DNA from: Antedon mediterranea
Taxonomy: Eukaryota; Animalia; Echinodermata
Length of the DNA: 64,000 nt
Assembly (NCBI RefSeq): GCF_964355755.1
Contig: NC_092670.1
Span: 8,794,201-8,858,200, forward strand
Reading direction: 5' to 3'
Shown here piece after piece: positions 12,901-27,900 of this stretch (position 1 is its first letter; every line of letters begins with the position of its first letter). Both the position numbers and the translations under genes were made by a program. The notes under the pieces are model-generated. The model made no database searches and had not been told where the DNA came from. It saw only the letters and a program-made list of their open reading frames with translations.

Positions 12901-15900
12901 AAATCATTATACCCAACTATTATCTCCATTTCCATATGCAGAACATCATTTGAATAAAAGAACAAATCACACATCTACACATAATCAAACATCGTACACT
13001 CTATCTCTAACAATTTTTTCAATCTTCTATCGACTAAAGCCGAAGTATAGTCGTTATCTCGGGACCGTTCTATGGCCACCACCAGGTAGGCTTACTCATT
13101 AAGGCTTCTATGAATGGATGTACTGGGTTGGAGCAGGAACAAAAGTAGTAGACCAAACCCAGTACCGTTTTGATTACGATCAATTTGGAAATTACCTCCC
13201 GATATTCTTTTATTTATTTGTATATCTTTCTCTGTATAAATTGTTATTTGTTTTGTTTTAGCATCAGGAAAAAAGAATTCTTCCAGAAAGTTACATTAAA
13301 AATATCTATAATAATAGATGAAAGGTTATATTTTCACGAGACAACATATATTTTTATGTTGAATAAAAATAATACTTACATGAGAAGCTTGAGCCAGCCT
13401 GATACCATTTCTAAGGCTTCCTTGGATCTGTCCCAGATGCATTACACCAGTTAGGCCAATAATTTCCAGCATTCCATCATCATGACTGGCACGTTGGAAC
13501 TCATCTTGAGTGTCGGATGACCCCCATGGATCTGCTCCAGAACCCCAGCTACAAAAGATATCAAATGTATGGATTTTTATGTACAAAATATTGCAGTTTT
13601 GAGAAGTATACATTATGATGAAGGCACAACTCAATCTTGAGTATATATTTTATGCAACGGAAAAAAAAATTCTCCAAAATCCAAATCAGGCCAAAAAGTA
13701 TACTTTTTCAAATGTATTTCAAAAGGTATTACAGTAGTACATTTTGGAACTTGAGATAATTCTGGTTTTGGAAAGTTGGCTGCACATGTCTATATTTTTA
13801 CCTAGCAGGTCAACATTTAAAGTTTTGATTTTATGTTGAGGATTGCATGGCCCTCCTGAGTGGGTAAACGTTAGCACGATGTAAATGTTCTCTTATTATA
13901 GATGGTTTAAAGCTACACTATCCAACTAGTTTGACAAACAAAGTGTGATGTGTCCAAATATGGTAGTGATATGGCCAAATATGGTAGCTATATGACATCA
14001 TCATGTCCATAAATGGGCACATCACATTTTTTTATGAAACTAGTTTGATAGTGTAAACAGGGCTTTAGTTAGGAACTGGAAAAAAACCATCATGATTTTA
14101 CCTGCTTATGTTCAGAATTAAGATGCCCTCTAGTGTTGGCAATTTTAGCCGTTTGTTATCTACGTCAATTAGTATCTCTTTGTTTAATTCTCGACAGTTG
14201 GTCTTTCTTCCTAGTTTCTGCATTCCTTGCCGCAGATACACTATCTTGTTATATACCCTGCAATGATGCAAAAGAACAGCATAATAATATTATTGTTAGT
14301 TACCGCTAGTTAGCTGACTTTTATACACATAGGCCAAGAGAATTTAGGATCACACATAATATTACATAAACATTTGTGATGTACAATTTGTGGGCTAAAG
14401 CTATTAGCTATAAAACAGTCAAAGTTTTCCTCCATAAACTAATTAAAATGAATTTTAGGTTTGTAATTATAAATTTATTATAATTTGAATGATATTCAAC
14501 GATTTTCTAACCATATGGAAGTAAGAAATGAAAATGTAATATGTTGACTCAGAACAATGTAAAAGTAATATAGTACAGGGATTTTTTTTAAAATGGCCAA
14601 ATTTATGGTCAGTTTACCAAAGACTTTTTACGTTGTTCTGAGAACAATACATTGGATTTTATATGGCAATAAAAAGAAATAATCAAATTTTTATCCTCTC
14701 TGCAATAAAAGAACTTTAAATCTTTCTCAGTTAACTGTCACCATTTTCTGTAGAGTAACTGCTGATCTCAGTAACAAATACCATACTTACCTATTATTAA
14801 ATTTTTCTGGTTTTTCTTCACGAGCATTATGAAAGCCTAAGCAGAGATCAGCATCAATACCAATACCAAAATAGTTGTTCATGACAAATAAATTGGGCAT
14901 GTCGTCTCCAGAACTGCTATTAGACGAGTTTGATTTATTATCAATCTCTGTATGTTTTCCCTCAGGTTCAAAGACAACAGTCCAGCTATTAAAAACAAAA
15001 GAGAAACCGTTATTAGCATTATACAATCATGTGAGAGCATTTTACTCAACTCAATACAGTTCGACAGTCAGCATGAATTAAAGGGTTTTCCACATCTGCT
15101 CCAGAACGGCTCTTGTTTCAGTTCACGTCAGATTGTACAGAGTACAGCATTAACGACTTTTCGTCTTTAAAGCACCTTACAGCTACGCCTCTATCGATCC
15201 CGGAGCAGGTGAGAAAAAGCCTTTACTGTACAAATAAAAGCAAATTACCGATCAAGTTTAACTTCCTCCGCCTCCATAACAGTTTGCAGCATTTGGTAGA
15301 GGTCGTCTCCCTGTTGATAGCCACCTCCCCATTTCAGCACCCTTGACAAATCATTACCTATACAACACATAACATATGTTAAACATATTTTAAATATATT
15401 TTAAACTAAAGTATCATTCAATATACTATTTTTTTGCACATCAAGGAATCTCTTTTTTTTAGTTTTGACCAATAATTTAGCATTGATATTAAATGCAATT
15501 GATGCCATTTTCTTTGAAATCTTATATTCTGGTATATTTCTATATACACCTTGAGAGAATGAAAGAATTTAATAAAACATATATAAAACAAATTTACCAG
15601 TGCCAAGAGGTAAAACTGCAATTGGTGGTGAGCTGCAGACAGATTCTTGGCCAATATCATCTAGGCAGGATAGTACCCATCCAACTGTACCGTCTCCACC
15701 GCAGATCAATGCTTTGTACTCTTTGAGCTGACTAAAAACATGAAGCCTATAAAAAGACAATACAACAGTGAATAACATTTTGAAGTCTGCTCAACTAACA
15801 TTGCCTGAAGATGCGCAGTGCTTCACTACTTTTACTGAAACATGTCCCATATTGCACCTAATTATTAGGGCAGTATATTAAAATCTGCTGCTATGATGCC

Positions 15901-18900
15901 CTTAACCAAACAGTAAGGTAAAGCTCTGTCTACACGACCAAACTTTATGTGACAACAAAATGTGATGTGCCCATATATCATTCTTGACAACCCCACAACT
16001 CTATACAAAAGACGCAGATGAAATGGTAAACTTACCCCGGTAACGGTCCTCCCTGATCAAGATCAAAGACTTGATGCGGGTTTAGCATCTTCCTAAGGGC
16101 ATCCTGAACATCTATTCCTTGACATCCACCACTCCGTGTATTCACAAACACAAGTAACGGACAGTGATCCTCGGGCAGCTTGTCCAACTGGTACAAAAAC
16201 AAAAACATGGATGGCGAAAAAAAAAAATAAATGCAAAAAATATTCTGGATCATATACAAAAAATATTGAAATGTTTGTTGGAAATTAAATTGGAAAAAAG
16301 ATTTTATTAGAGGTCAGAGGTTATGAAATGGGGAGAAGTTGATGAATCTATTGTATGACTTCTAAAGTTTCAAAAGGAGACAAGAATTTGGAAGAATTCA
16401 AATAACTATTCAAAGGGAGTTTGAGTTATAAAAATTAGGCAGATGTTAAAGACCATTGCTGTGTCTGTATTTCAATAACTTTCAACTATAAACTTAGGGC
16501 CACACAAAGATGGTGTATTTTATTAGAGTGCTGAGCTATTAAAGTGAGGAAGATGGTGTAGACCAAAAGGTTAGCACTGCTGTGTCCAATAACTTTAACT
16601 ATTAACGTAGGTCCATACAAAGATGGTGTGCAGAGTTCCATTAGAATTTAGTTGCAAAGAAGCGTGAAACCTTTGTTTGTACTTACATGGATCTCGGGAA
16701 TAAATAAAACTGTGAGAAGTTTATCTTCGTAAGTAGTATCTTTGAGGATTTTGTACGCTTTCACTGCTGCTTCATGGTCGGAAAAGCTTACACAAGCAGA
16801 TCCTATAGGTGATAAAAGTTAAGTTACCATAGCGCTCCATAGTATATTACAAAGGTTAACAGCAATGACTACCAAAGATTATTTCATCTGAAGATCCTAT
16901 GAGGGAGGTATACTCTCCCTGATTGTATTGAACATCATAGATCAGAGACATTTTAAAATTAGTATGGTTATCAGATGTCTGGGAATAAAACTCAACAAAA
17001 TATTTATACATAAAAGAGAATACATCAAAATGAATTTCCAGTTCTTAATACAAATCTGTAACTTACCATATTGGGCATAAACCATGTCAATACTTGCAAA
17101 CATGGAATCTACAAGAGAAAAAGGTCAATATCATTACAGGATAAATAGGAAAAATTAAAAGAAATAGATTGGGATTAAAAAATAATTCAGGATATTAAAA
17201 TATTAATACATGGTCTGGGATAAGGGATTTTTTTTTATGAGTCAAGCTATGTCTTGGCAGTTATTTTACATTATGAATAAATGTCAAGAAAAAAAAGTCA
17301 AAGACTATACATATGCATTGCTTATCTGCTATTTTCTTATTTATAAATTAAATACAGTATTCTTTAAAATGTCATTCGTTATCAATAAAATTAAAATAAA
17401 GTTTCTTCAAGGGTACAATCTTTAATTGATACACTCAACATGCTGAAAATTGAAATCTACTATTAATACCATTGCGATTGAGAAGTGAGTTACTAAATTT
17501 AAGAAAAAAAAAAAGGGGGTTGTATAAACAAACCTTCGTCAAGCATCTTCTGAATAATCTGCTTATATTTGAACTCTGAAAGGTTGATGGGTAAGCTCCC
17601 CACGTACATACGCGCTAACTCCATGGTGGGCTGTTCATTTTTGCGTAAATAATATCGTGTCTGCTTCATTTGCTTTAGAGAATTCTAAAAGAAAAAAATA
17701 ACAAATCAATTAAAATCTATATTTTACAAAAATATTTATTACAAAAATAAAATCATATAAAAAAACATAATTATATACTTTAAAATAAATGTGTTCAAAT
17801 TATATTTTGGATGTAAGTATATATTTCCAAAAAGTCATACAAAACAAATTCTACTTTTGTTAAAACTAATAATATTATAGAAAATATTGGCATCATACAG
17901 TGTGAACAGTATACTATGAATTGAGGAATATTCATCGTGCTGCACTAAACATGAAACAGTTTAAACATAAACCCTGTCACCAGACATAAAACGCAATATA
18001 GGATTTAAGCTAAGCATAACTCAACCACTGAACACAAGAAATTGTTACATGGCACTTCGTATTACACTTTTAGTAGAGTTGTTAAACTTTAAAATAGTTT
18101 GTCACTATTAAGTGTTTGGGACTTTTTAATAACTTAATAAAGTTGTTGTACTTTGTAACAACTTTGCAATAGCTGTCAGTATACATTTAAATTGAGCAGG
18201 TCGCAGTTTGTAACACAGCTTTCTTTAACTCAATTCCAGTTTCTAGCGACAGATTATTCCAAAGTATGCGACAACTTGATAAAAGTGTGACATATATGAG
18301 AGTGTGCAACAATTATTACAAGTGTGATGTCACAGACGTTTATCAGTCATTAGTTTACAGTCACAATTCATTGGGTGGCCGAGTGCTTAAGACAGTGGAA
18401 CTGTAATACGTAGCTCACTCGCTCCATGGATCTGGTGGTAGAACAAGCCTTCACGAATGAGAACTATAAACCGTAGGTCCTGTGTACACATCTGGCTCAT
18501 GTGCACTTTAAAGAACCTAGTACATCTTTCAAGACGAATAGGTGATTACCCCAGTGTACAGTTCACACACAGCCACTGTCATACTCATCATATATATATA
18601 CACTGGACCATCTGGGAGAACAGTCTTAGACTGAAGAGGCTACCCAGTATAAAAAATAAATATATAAAAAAAATAAATCAGTAGCAGGAAACTGTGATGT
18701 CAGCGTGAAAATAAAAAGTTGACAATGACCTCTGTTGTTTTAAAGTGTACAACTAGACCGAGGTGCTTTATTTACACTAATTACACCACCCTTTGGATGT
18801 GATGTTAGGCTGTTGGTTCATACCCATAAAAGGTAAATGTGCAAAAAGGGTTGGGGTGGAGATTGCCTTTAAACATTTCAGTCATGGTCATTTCTGCCAT

Positions 18901-21900
18901 CTGTGGTACAGTATCCATTTGCCTGTGAAAAGAGCCTTTTGTTGGTGGGTATTGGTGCACATTACTTGCACTACGATATTACAGAAAAAATAAATGAAAC
19001 TGTAAAATGAAACATGGGAAAATTCTGCTCAATACACATGTATTATAGCATGCATATACAACTAAAGTTGAACTACAATAAAAAATTAAGAAATCAACAT
19101 ATGAATTATAATAAGAACAATGCACACAAGGGTTACAGGTCCCAGGATTTTAGTTGTTTTTAAAATTAATTAGTGTTCCATGACCTTCTCATCAAAATTA
19201 ACATCTCTCATTGTTGTGCTATGTCAACATAATGTCAATGACGGCGAAATGTCCCCAATAATGGGGATAGCTATGCAAAAAGTAACAAGTAAGTAACACA
19301 AACGAAGATACATCATTGCCATGTTATGAAAGTAATGTTGTCTACTTGTTGTGCTACTATGAGGCCTACATAGACATTATTTCCATGTTATGAAAGTAAT
19401 GTTGTCTACTTGTTGTGCTACTATGAGGCCTACATATGAATGAATGAAATCAACAACACATACAGCTCACAAAGAAACAATAAAATGGACATGTTTTTGT
19501 GGGTTAAATGTGATAACAAAAGATCGCCTGATCAGTAAAAATTGTTTGGACTTTTAGTGAGGAGTTCAGTATACAGTATTCAAAACACTTGCTTGAATGT
19601 TTGTCTAATGTTGTCGTTAAAATTACATTTGCTGGTATGCAGTCTACCAAGAATACATCTGTTAAAAACTTTGGTCCACGGAGCAATAAAAAACTTCCAT
19701 GGTTTTTCCATTTACAGAGGACGTGATTGCAATTCATCACTCGCAAGAGTTCATTATGAAAATGTTCCATATCTCACCTCATTCGGACTTTTTATTGCTT
19801 CATTACTGCATAATAACTGGGTGCTAAACGGGCATGACATATATGGTGCTACTTTCATTCATATCATATATAAATTATTTTATCAAGGTGGTGTTGATAG
19901 ATGGAGAGTGGTAGATGTGTTATGCACTTCTTAATTGTATGACGTTCTATAAGACCCCTGAGAGAAGTGTGTCATTTACACAAAAATCATGATGGAGGGG
20001 TGCATCAAAAAACCTAAATGGTCCTTCAACTCAATGAACAATGGTACATTATGTTCGTCACTAATTTTAAAATGGTTGCATCATTGTCACGTGGAGGTAA
20101 GTCACTTTTTTCATGGTCATAGTATTGGTATGACGCACATCAGACAAATGACGCACCTATCTCGGGGGTCGTATAGTGCGTCATACAATTGACAAGTGCA
20201 TTATCAATATGTTATCAATAAATTATCACACCACCAGTGTTCATAAACAGACTACATTGATATAAATATGGTGCAGAATAAAAATATTGTATGACTACAC
20301 ACAGTGACTACTCAAGCATATAATTGGAACTAGTCTAAAGAGTGCAACATAGACAACAACAAAAATGCATAGAAGCAAAGGGTGAAGGAACAAACACAAT
20401 TAGTAGGGGGTGAATTACCCGTCTGGCTTTTAGAAGCTGGGGCCAAGGGCATTCGTATCTTTCCATAACCCTTTCTTGCACACCCTTGTCCAAAACAACT
20501 TCCATCAACGAATAATCGTTGGGATCCCCATCCTGAAAAAGATTGCATTTACATAAAAGAAACACCTGTGGAAATTTAAGTTAATTAGCTTGGTAAAAAT
20601 TTGAATACTTCATTCGAAACCGGTTGTTTCATTTCCACTTCATTCTATATGCTTTTAATTTAATTTTTGTAAGAACATATTTTAATAAAAATCTGAAAAG
20701 TAAAATATTTAAATCACAAAACATGTCTCCTTACTCACTCTTCACTGGCTAAAGACATACATTGTCCATTTATGATAGTGTAGATGCTTTATTTATTCCT
20801 AGTCCGACAGGCTACCAGTATCATAGGAATATTTGGTAATACATTTAATGCATTACATGTGTTGCACATGTATCTCTCAGTATCATATACCATAACCAAA
20901 CCCTTAACCTAACTTTACATGGTACAGGCACCACATTTGATAGAAAAAAAAATGTCTATGATACTGGGCAATTGTAGTATTGGAGATACATCACTGAGAA
21001 TCAGGTAACCAGTTGTTAGTTGACTTGACCAGCCCTATACATACTACATGCAGTTTATGTAAATCTTGAGCCCAGCAGTGGAACTGGTTTTTATTAGAAC
21101 ACCAGAAACAATGGTTAAAGTAGGTAAAAGCTGACCTACTGAATCTTCTTTCTAAATCATATACTGTACAAGAGAGTTAATATATGCCTGAGTGGGTAGC
21201 TCTGAATTGTACATGTAAGGTATCAAAGGTCATGGTTGCAGCCATTTTATTATTCTTAAATTATAACCTTTAAAACTTTAAGATCCTTACATCTATTCTG
21301 AACTTGTGTAAAGCCATTTCAATAACTTCTTCCACAGATATATGAGAGTTGATAGATATTGGCCTTGGCACTGATGTAGTACTGCAAAGACAAATTTGAT
21401 ATGATCAAAATCATTGGTGATGATTTCTTTTTTGTGTTTGTATATAATGTGATGGCAGAATGTTGGTTATCACATTTTATAACACTAAAATTAAGTAGGT
21501 CGATCCGTGTTATTTGATTAGAGGATTGGGGTCAAATCATATTAAATAAATGTTCTATTTCACTCTTAATGATGTCATCAAGAGTGCAATGTCAATTTCA
21601 TTTTGCACATTCATTTTTGTTACACACAGTGAGCAACAACACACGCTGCTGTTGACTGATCATGTTTGCTCAACTTGCTCCGCCTATAATTGTTTAGAAG
21701 CGCTGGAGCAATGGAACAAATAATTTCATTCGGTCAACGATTTGTCATATTTGTCACTTGGCTTGATTGCCTCATGAAAATATAACCTTTTTCCCTTCAC
21801 CTCATGAAATTTTTTGTAACATTGTACTCATATACATTCAGTTTTGTATAATATGCGTATATATTTCATTCCAGTACTTACTCAGGGTCGCCTGAGAAAA

Positions 21901-24900
21901 CCTTAATTGTTCCACGGCGGGTGTCCTTGTCTTCATAGCGAAGAAACAATGAGGGCGCTTTACCCATAGACACCTTAGTTAGACTTGTTAAGTTATCGAG
22001 CTCACTCAATCTCTTTTCTGTTATTTCACCATCTGAAAAAAATGAATCATGATATAAAAATATAAATTCAAAGATATTTTCCTTGAAAAAAATAGATGGA
22101 GTCAAAAAGTCATTCTTTTTTAGTTAAGCATTATTTTTGTCCATGAATTTACATGATACAACCATAATTTATTTTAATTTTTTTTAAATAACCAACCGAA
22201 TGACCATACATAAAAATTTTTATTTTATTTATTTTTATTTTTCATGATTAGAGGGGCATCTGTAAATCCAAATCAGCAATTACTTGTAATGGTATAGTGA
22301 AAAAAACTAAAATAAAATCATACGTTGTTTTATTATTATTTTTAATGTAGTTACTGCAGCAACTGCAGTAGAATAATTTTGACATGATCCCTTAAACATT
22401 CATATTAATATTCATGAAAATGCTGCATCAATTGAAATTCAGGTTATTGCAATTAATTTAATATCTGAAATGGAATGTAGATTTGATTGCGGATTGCATG
22501 ACACCAACCTGTATCTGATACAGACGACAGATAGTAATTAGAAGCTTCATCTTTAATCAGATAAGCACGCAAAGCAGCCTCCTGAAATACAAGCAAAAAC
22601 ATACATATATTCGTTTGTGTTGCTTATTTGTTCGTTTTATTTGATTCTCTACACAAGCATTTAATTTATAAATATAAAATAAGTGTGGAACAAGGGGGAA
22701 AATGGTGTACTTGACCCCTAATATTATGGCGAAACTTGTCACATAAGTCCGGCAGCTTGGCAGGTGGAAGTGGACATTCATTACATATTTGTTCGTTCGT
22801 TTTATTGATCCAAACCAACAGTACAAAGCAATATAGACACATAAATAATGACAATACTTGTGGAATTCGTTCTTAAATATCTGATAAACTTGACAAATAT
22901 CATTTTATAAATTATTATTATTATTATTATGATGAATATATAAATTTTGAATGGAACAGAAAATCTCTCAACCACCCAGAAAATACATTGAAATAAAACT
23001 CTCTAGCAGAGGTTGCCTGCAAACGAAATCAATGTGTGTGTAGATTGGAATATCGTTCATTTAACTTTAAAGAACCCAGTTCATCTTTCAGAGGAGTAGG
23101 GATGACTGGTCCTGTCTGTTGTTGTTAAAAGACGAAAGAGTTGTTTGACTGCAGCATGACATGAAAGGTGAGAAGAAAGTTCTTGTGTACAATTCAGCTC
23201 AATTTCGTTTCGTTTATTTTCCACTCATTTAAATGAATTTAGCCAACTAAAATAATACCTAATTACTGCAGTAAACAATATAATTACTGCAGAACTGAAT
23301 AAACTGAATACTTACAATCATTTGTTGTATAGTTGCATCCTTCTGCACCTGAATAGTTTTGAAGTTTCGTTTTGAAAGCGCTATATAACCATCGTAGATC
23401 TTAACAATCTGACCGTCAGCTGTAAACCAATCAAAAAATATCGTTGTTAAAATCACATTGAAAACATTTAAAAACTGTAATGTATTCAGAGACCCTTTTG
23501 CTCATACTGAAAAATTAAGTGCGTCTGAGTGGGACATGCCCAAATATGGAGTTCGCTCAAATCCATAGTTGAAAAATAAAATGTGTATTATACACAACAA
23601 AAGTATATAAAGAAAATAAAGTTGTATACAGATATACAATACAGAAATCAAAACAAAATTATAAAAACAAAAGCAACAGAACAAAATGAATTAACGCAAT
23701 GAATAATTATCATAACCAACCTAGAGATGATATATTAAACCACTAGAGGGCACACTACTTTTAAATCTATGTGTCCACAAAATAGCCAATGTTTGCTAAT
23801 GTATTGATATAACAACTAACAATAGTTTTTGTAAAAAAAACCAAACACAAGAAAACACTGTTTTTAAATATGTAATAAATAAGTGATATGTATAAATATC
23901 TAATATGGATAGCGGTGATACCATACATGCAGAATATCCCAAAATTCCCTTTCATATCTAATAAATATTTGATGTTTGCATTTTTATTTTTGATTATGTG
24001 CGGGTTCTATTTTGTATGTTATAATTGGTACGTTCTGTATTTACAAATTATTTAATAACAATCCAAACAAGTCATTTTACATTATGGGTTTTCCATTTCT
24101 TAAAATTGTATCATTATATTATTATTTTTATTTTGTTCGATCATAAATTCTAATTTATTACGAGCAGTTTCGAAGACTTTTACGCCAATTGATGTAGAAC
24201 CCCGGAGGGGACTCCTTCAGGATCTAACAAAGTTTGCAGTATTAAAACATATTGGTCATTTTGGTTTCCCTTAATAAGGGTTGGCCATAATGGTAACAAT
24301 TACGGTATTAACTTTTGTTTCACAGAAAAATGTCTTTCTGAAAGGAAGGCTTCATGATAGGGAATATGAGTAGCCACTCAACATGCTGTACATAAATGTA
24401 TGTAGTACAGGAAATAGGAAAATTGATTGCTTTAATATTGTCTGCTGCCCCCTAGAATCAATGGTTAAAACTGACAGCTAATTGTTTGTTAATAATTAAA
24501 CTCCGCCCACTTTCCCACAAACAATATTTCAAAAATAAATTTGCATTTCTATTGTGAAAATTGATTTTTTAAATCAAACATAAATACAATAATAATTTAG
24601 ATGGCATCCCACTCAGTTGATATTTTTTTACCAAACAAATTAGCTGATTCTCAGCATGTATCTACAATTTATTTAGTATCAAAGGCAAGTTCCAAGATAC
24701 AGAGAAACATGTGTCACATACGATGCATGTGTCGTACAAACAATGTCACATGTGACACTATTGTTAAATATATCCATGATAGAGACTTCTCATGCGACAC
24801 ACATGTTCCCTGTATCATAGAACTTGCCTATGATACTGCAAATAATGACGGGTGGTAAAATTCAAATATACTGTATGTGCAGTTATAGTCTCTGAACACA

Positions 24901-27900
24901 TATTCCATTAGAAATACATGTTGTGCTATATTGTACATGAATACAAATATTAATTCTATAATATGCAATGAATGTAAATCAATTGTGTTATTCCTTGCCA
25001 CCATTTAAAATCTACACCACAATTTATCTTTAAAATATACATGATATAACACTTAATGAAATATTTATTTAGTTAATTTTGATTCTTGACATAACTAGTA
25101 TGCATATTGTATACTGAATACCTAACAACCCCTACCACAGTTTATCGCAACATTCATAAATTTCATTCATACATCTTAGATTAAAGAAAATTCAAGTTTG
25201 ACAAAATCATATCAAAATATATCAAATTTAAATTTAATTAGCTTGTAAAATAAATGTGTAAAATTTTATTATCCAATCAAAAAATTAACTTCAATTTATT
25301 TCATATGATTTCCGATAAAAAAAAGTAAATGATGATATGAATTTGAAATTTATGATGTATAATTATAAACAATGTTAGGACAAACTTATTCTTATGAAGA
25401 TGAGAAGCAAAATGCATTCAATATTGTGCATGTATATATTACATATAATGCCAAACACACATGTTGTTCCAAATATAATAGTCTTTTCTAAAAGAAATTA
25501 TCTACTACATCACAAGCTGTAATATCAAAAATAAAAAGCTGAAGGTTATGAAAATCTGATAAAAAAATTATCATGCAGCAGTATAACATACAAAAAAATA
25601 TGTTTTATCTTTTCAAAACAAATGAATGTTTTATTTTTATCATCATCCAGGAAAGCATGAAATGAATTTCTAACAACATAGGGAGTCCAGCATAAACTAG
25701 CCACTGAACTCGGTACTATTGTATTGAATGATAAATGATTCTTTAAAACACTTGATCGACTCGGTTCAAAATGTATATAAAAGTGTGTGTTTATGTTGAT
25801 AAAATGAAATATGATTAAAATGATAAATTGAAAATGTTTTAAGAAAAATATTCCATGATTAAATGGAGTATACTACCACAAACTAGCATGTATGAAAACA
25901 ATAATACGAAATAGTAATAAATAAAAATAGAAATTTCAAAACTATAAACTAATATCTAATTATGTTTTATATACCAATAGCAATAGAACATTGCAATAGA
26001 ACATTATGCAATGGAGCATTATGCAATATAATATTATTATGCAATATAACATTGCAATAGAACATTATGCAATAGAGCATTATGCAATAGAGCATTATGC
26101 AATATAACATTGCAATAGAACATTATGCAATAGAACATTATGCAATAGAGCATTATGCAATATATCATTGCAATAGAACATTATGCAATAGAACATTATG
26201 CAATAGAGCATTATGCAATATATCATTGCAGTAGAACATTATGCAATAGAACATTTAATGCAATATAATATTATTATGCAATAGAACATTATGCAATAGA
26301 ACATTATGCAATAGAACATTATGCAATAGAGCATTATGCAATAGAACATTATGCAATATATCATTGCAGTAGAACATTATGCAATAGAACATTATGCAAT
26401 AGAGCATTATGCAATATATCATTGCAGTAGAACATTATGCAATAGAACATTTAATGCAATATAATATTATTATGCAATAGAACATTATGCAATAGAACAT
26501 TATGCAATAGAGCATTATGCAATAGAACATTATGCAATAGAACATTATGCAATAGAACATTATGCAATAGAGCTCTATGTAAAAGGTAAATACTCAATAT
26601 AGAACTATGCATCAAAGTACTAGACAACAGATCACTGTGCAATAGATAAAACACTGTTCAAGTAGTAGAAAGTACTCATAGAAAACTATATTACAAAAAT
26701 TGCTTTGCAATAGACCAGAGAACTGTACTAGTCAACCTAATTATAATACACCAAGTAAACTATAGTGTATGATTTTAGAAGAAAATTCAAAATAGATTAA
26801 GATTTAAATCAATATTGGTTGATTATTTGGCTTTTTTTAAGAAACAATTCAAAAAAACATAAAAAATAAATGTTTCCAAAAAACTATATAATAACAGCTG
26901 ACACCGGGAATGTGCGCATATACTATGAAATATCACTATCCGTCCTAATTATTGAATTTAGTATTCAGCCGTCCTAACAAAATAATCTAAAAGCTGAATT
27001 ACAGTAGTTTCGCCAAAAATTGTCCTAAAACATAGGCAATGGCTAAAGCTAGGTATTGGTCATGTGGTTAGATGGACTAACTCAAAACAAACAATATATT
27101 TCATAGTGTAGTAACTCTCTTGTACTGTACATACTTAATCTAAATCTTTGCACAGATATAAAAAACAAATATCATATTATTATTATGTTCATATAATTAA
27201 CTAAGAAATCTAAATTATTAAAAATGCTAAATATACATATACCTATTATAACCTAGAGTGTTAACATATTCAACCCCTTATATATTTCTGTTGCATTTTC
27301 CCTTCCTCATTTTGAAGCCTTTCCTATTATAATATTCACTGGATGATCATTTATATTTTATGTATATTTTAATATTGACAGGAGGGCAGTACCATTCATA
27401 TTCATATTATGATATTCAAAGTAAATAATCATAATTTCTATATTATATTAAAGGCATACAATATTAACCAATCAGAGAACTAATGTTTAGGCTAATCCAT
27501 TTTGTTACGGGGTTTGCTTCATTATAATGATAAATTTCCATTTTGTATGCTATGATCTGAATGTATTTATATTTCTTTCCTATCATTCGATTCCATTTCA
27601 ACAAAACTGAAACATGATGTCCTAATTATCTTTAATATTAATACACCAAGTACTACAATATTCTATACATGTTTTTATATCATATTTTACATCATTTGAA
27701 ATGATGTTGAACTGCAATATAAAGACATGATACAATAGATAAAAGCTGTTGTGATAATGAAATAGGCAAAATTATGCTGAGGAGCCAGAGTCAAGGACAA
27801 ACCTAAATTATTCGAAATAAACACCCCAGGGCGTTTATTGTTCGGGAGGGTTTTTTGGAGAAGGCATGAATTTTTTTAGATGGTGTTTTTTTTAAATTTT

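Noticed and set aside
19542-19934. 130-aa plus-strand ORF and other short track ORFs
   Set aside because: No recognisable motifs or splice context; ORFs of this kind with TTG/GTG starts are expected by chance in introns.
22666-22854. Cys/Pro-rich minus-strand ORF inside a DGKQ intron
   Set aside because: No usable splice sites found, and the flanking exons already join in frame.
24161-24223. Exon-like GC-rich patch ([21 protein letters not shown])
   Set aside because: Open only in phase 0, which is incompatible with the phase-1 intron; the phase-1 reading hits TAA.
26451-26654. ORF with LLHNV repeats
   Set aside because: Translation of the 15-bp minisatellite.
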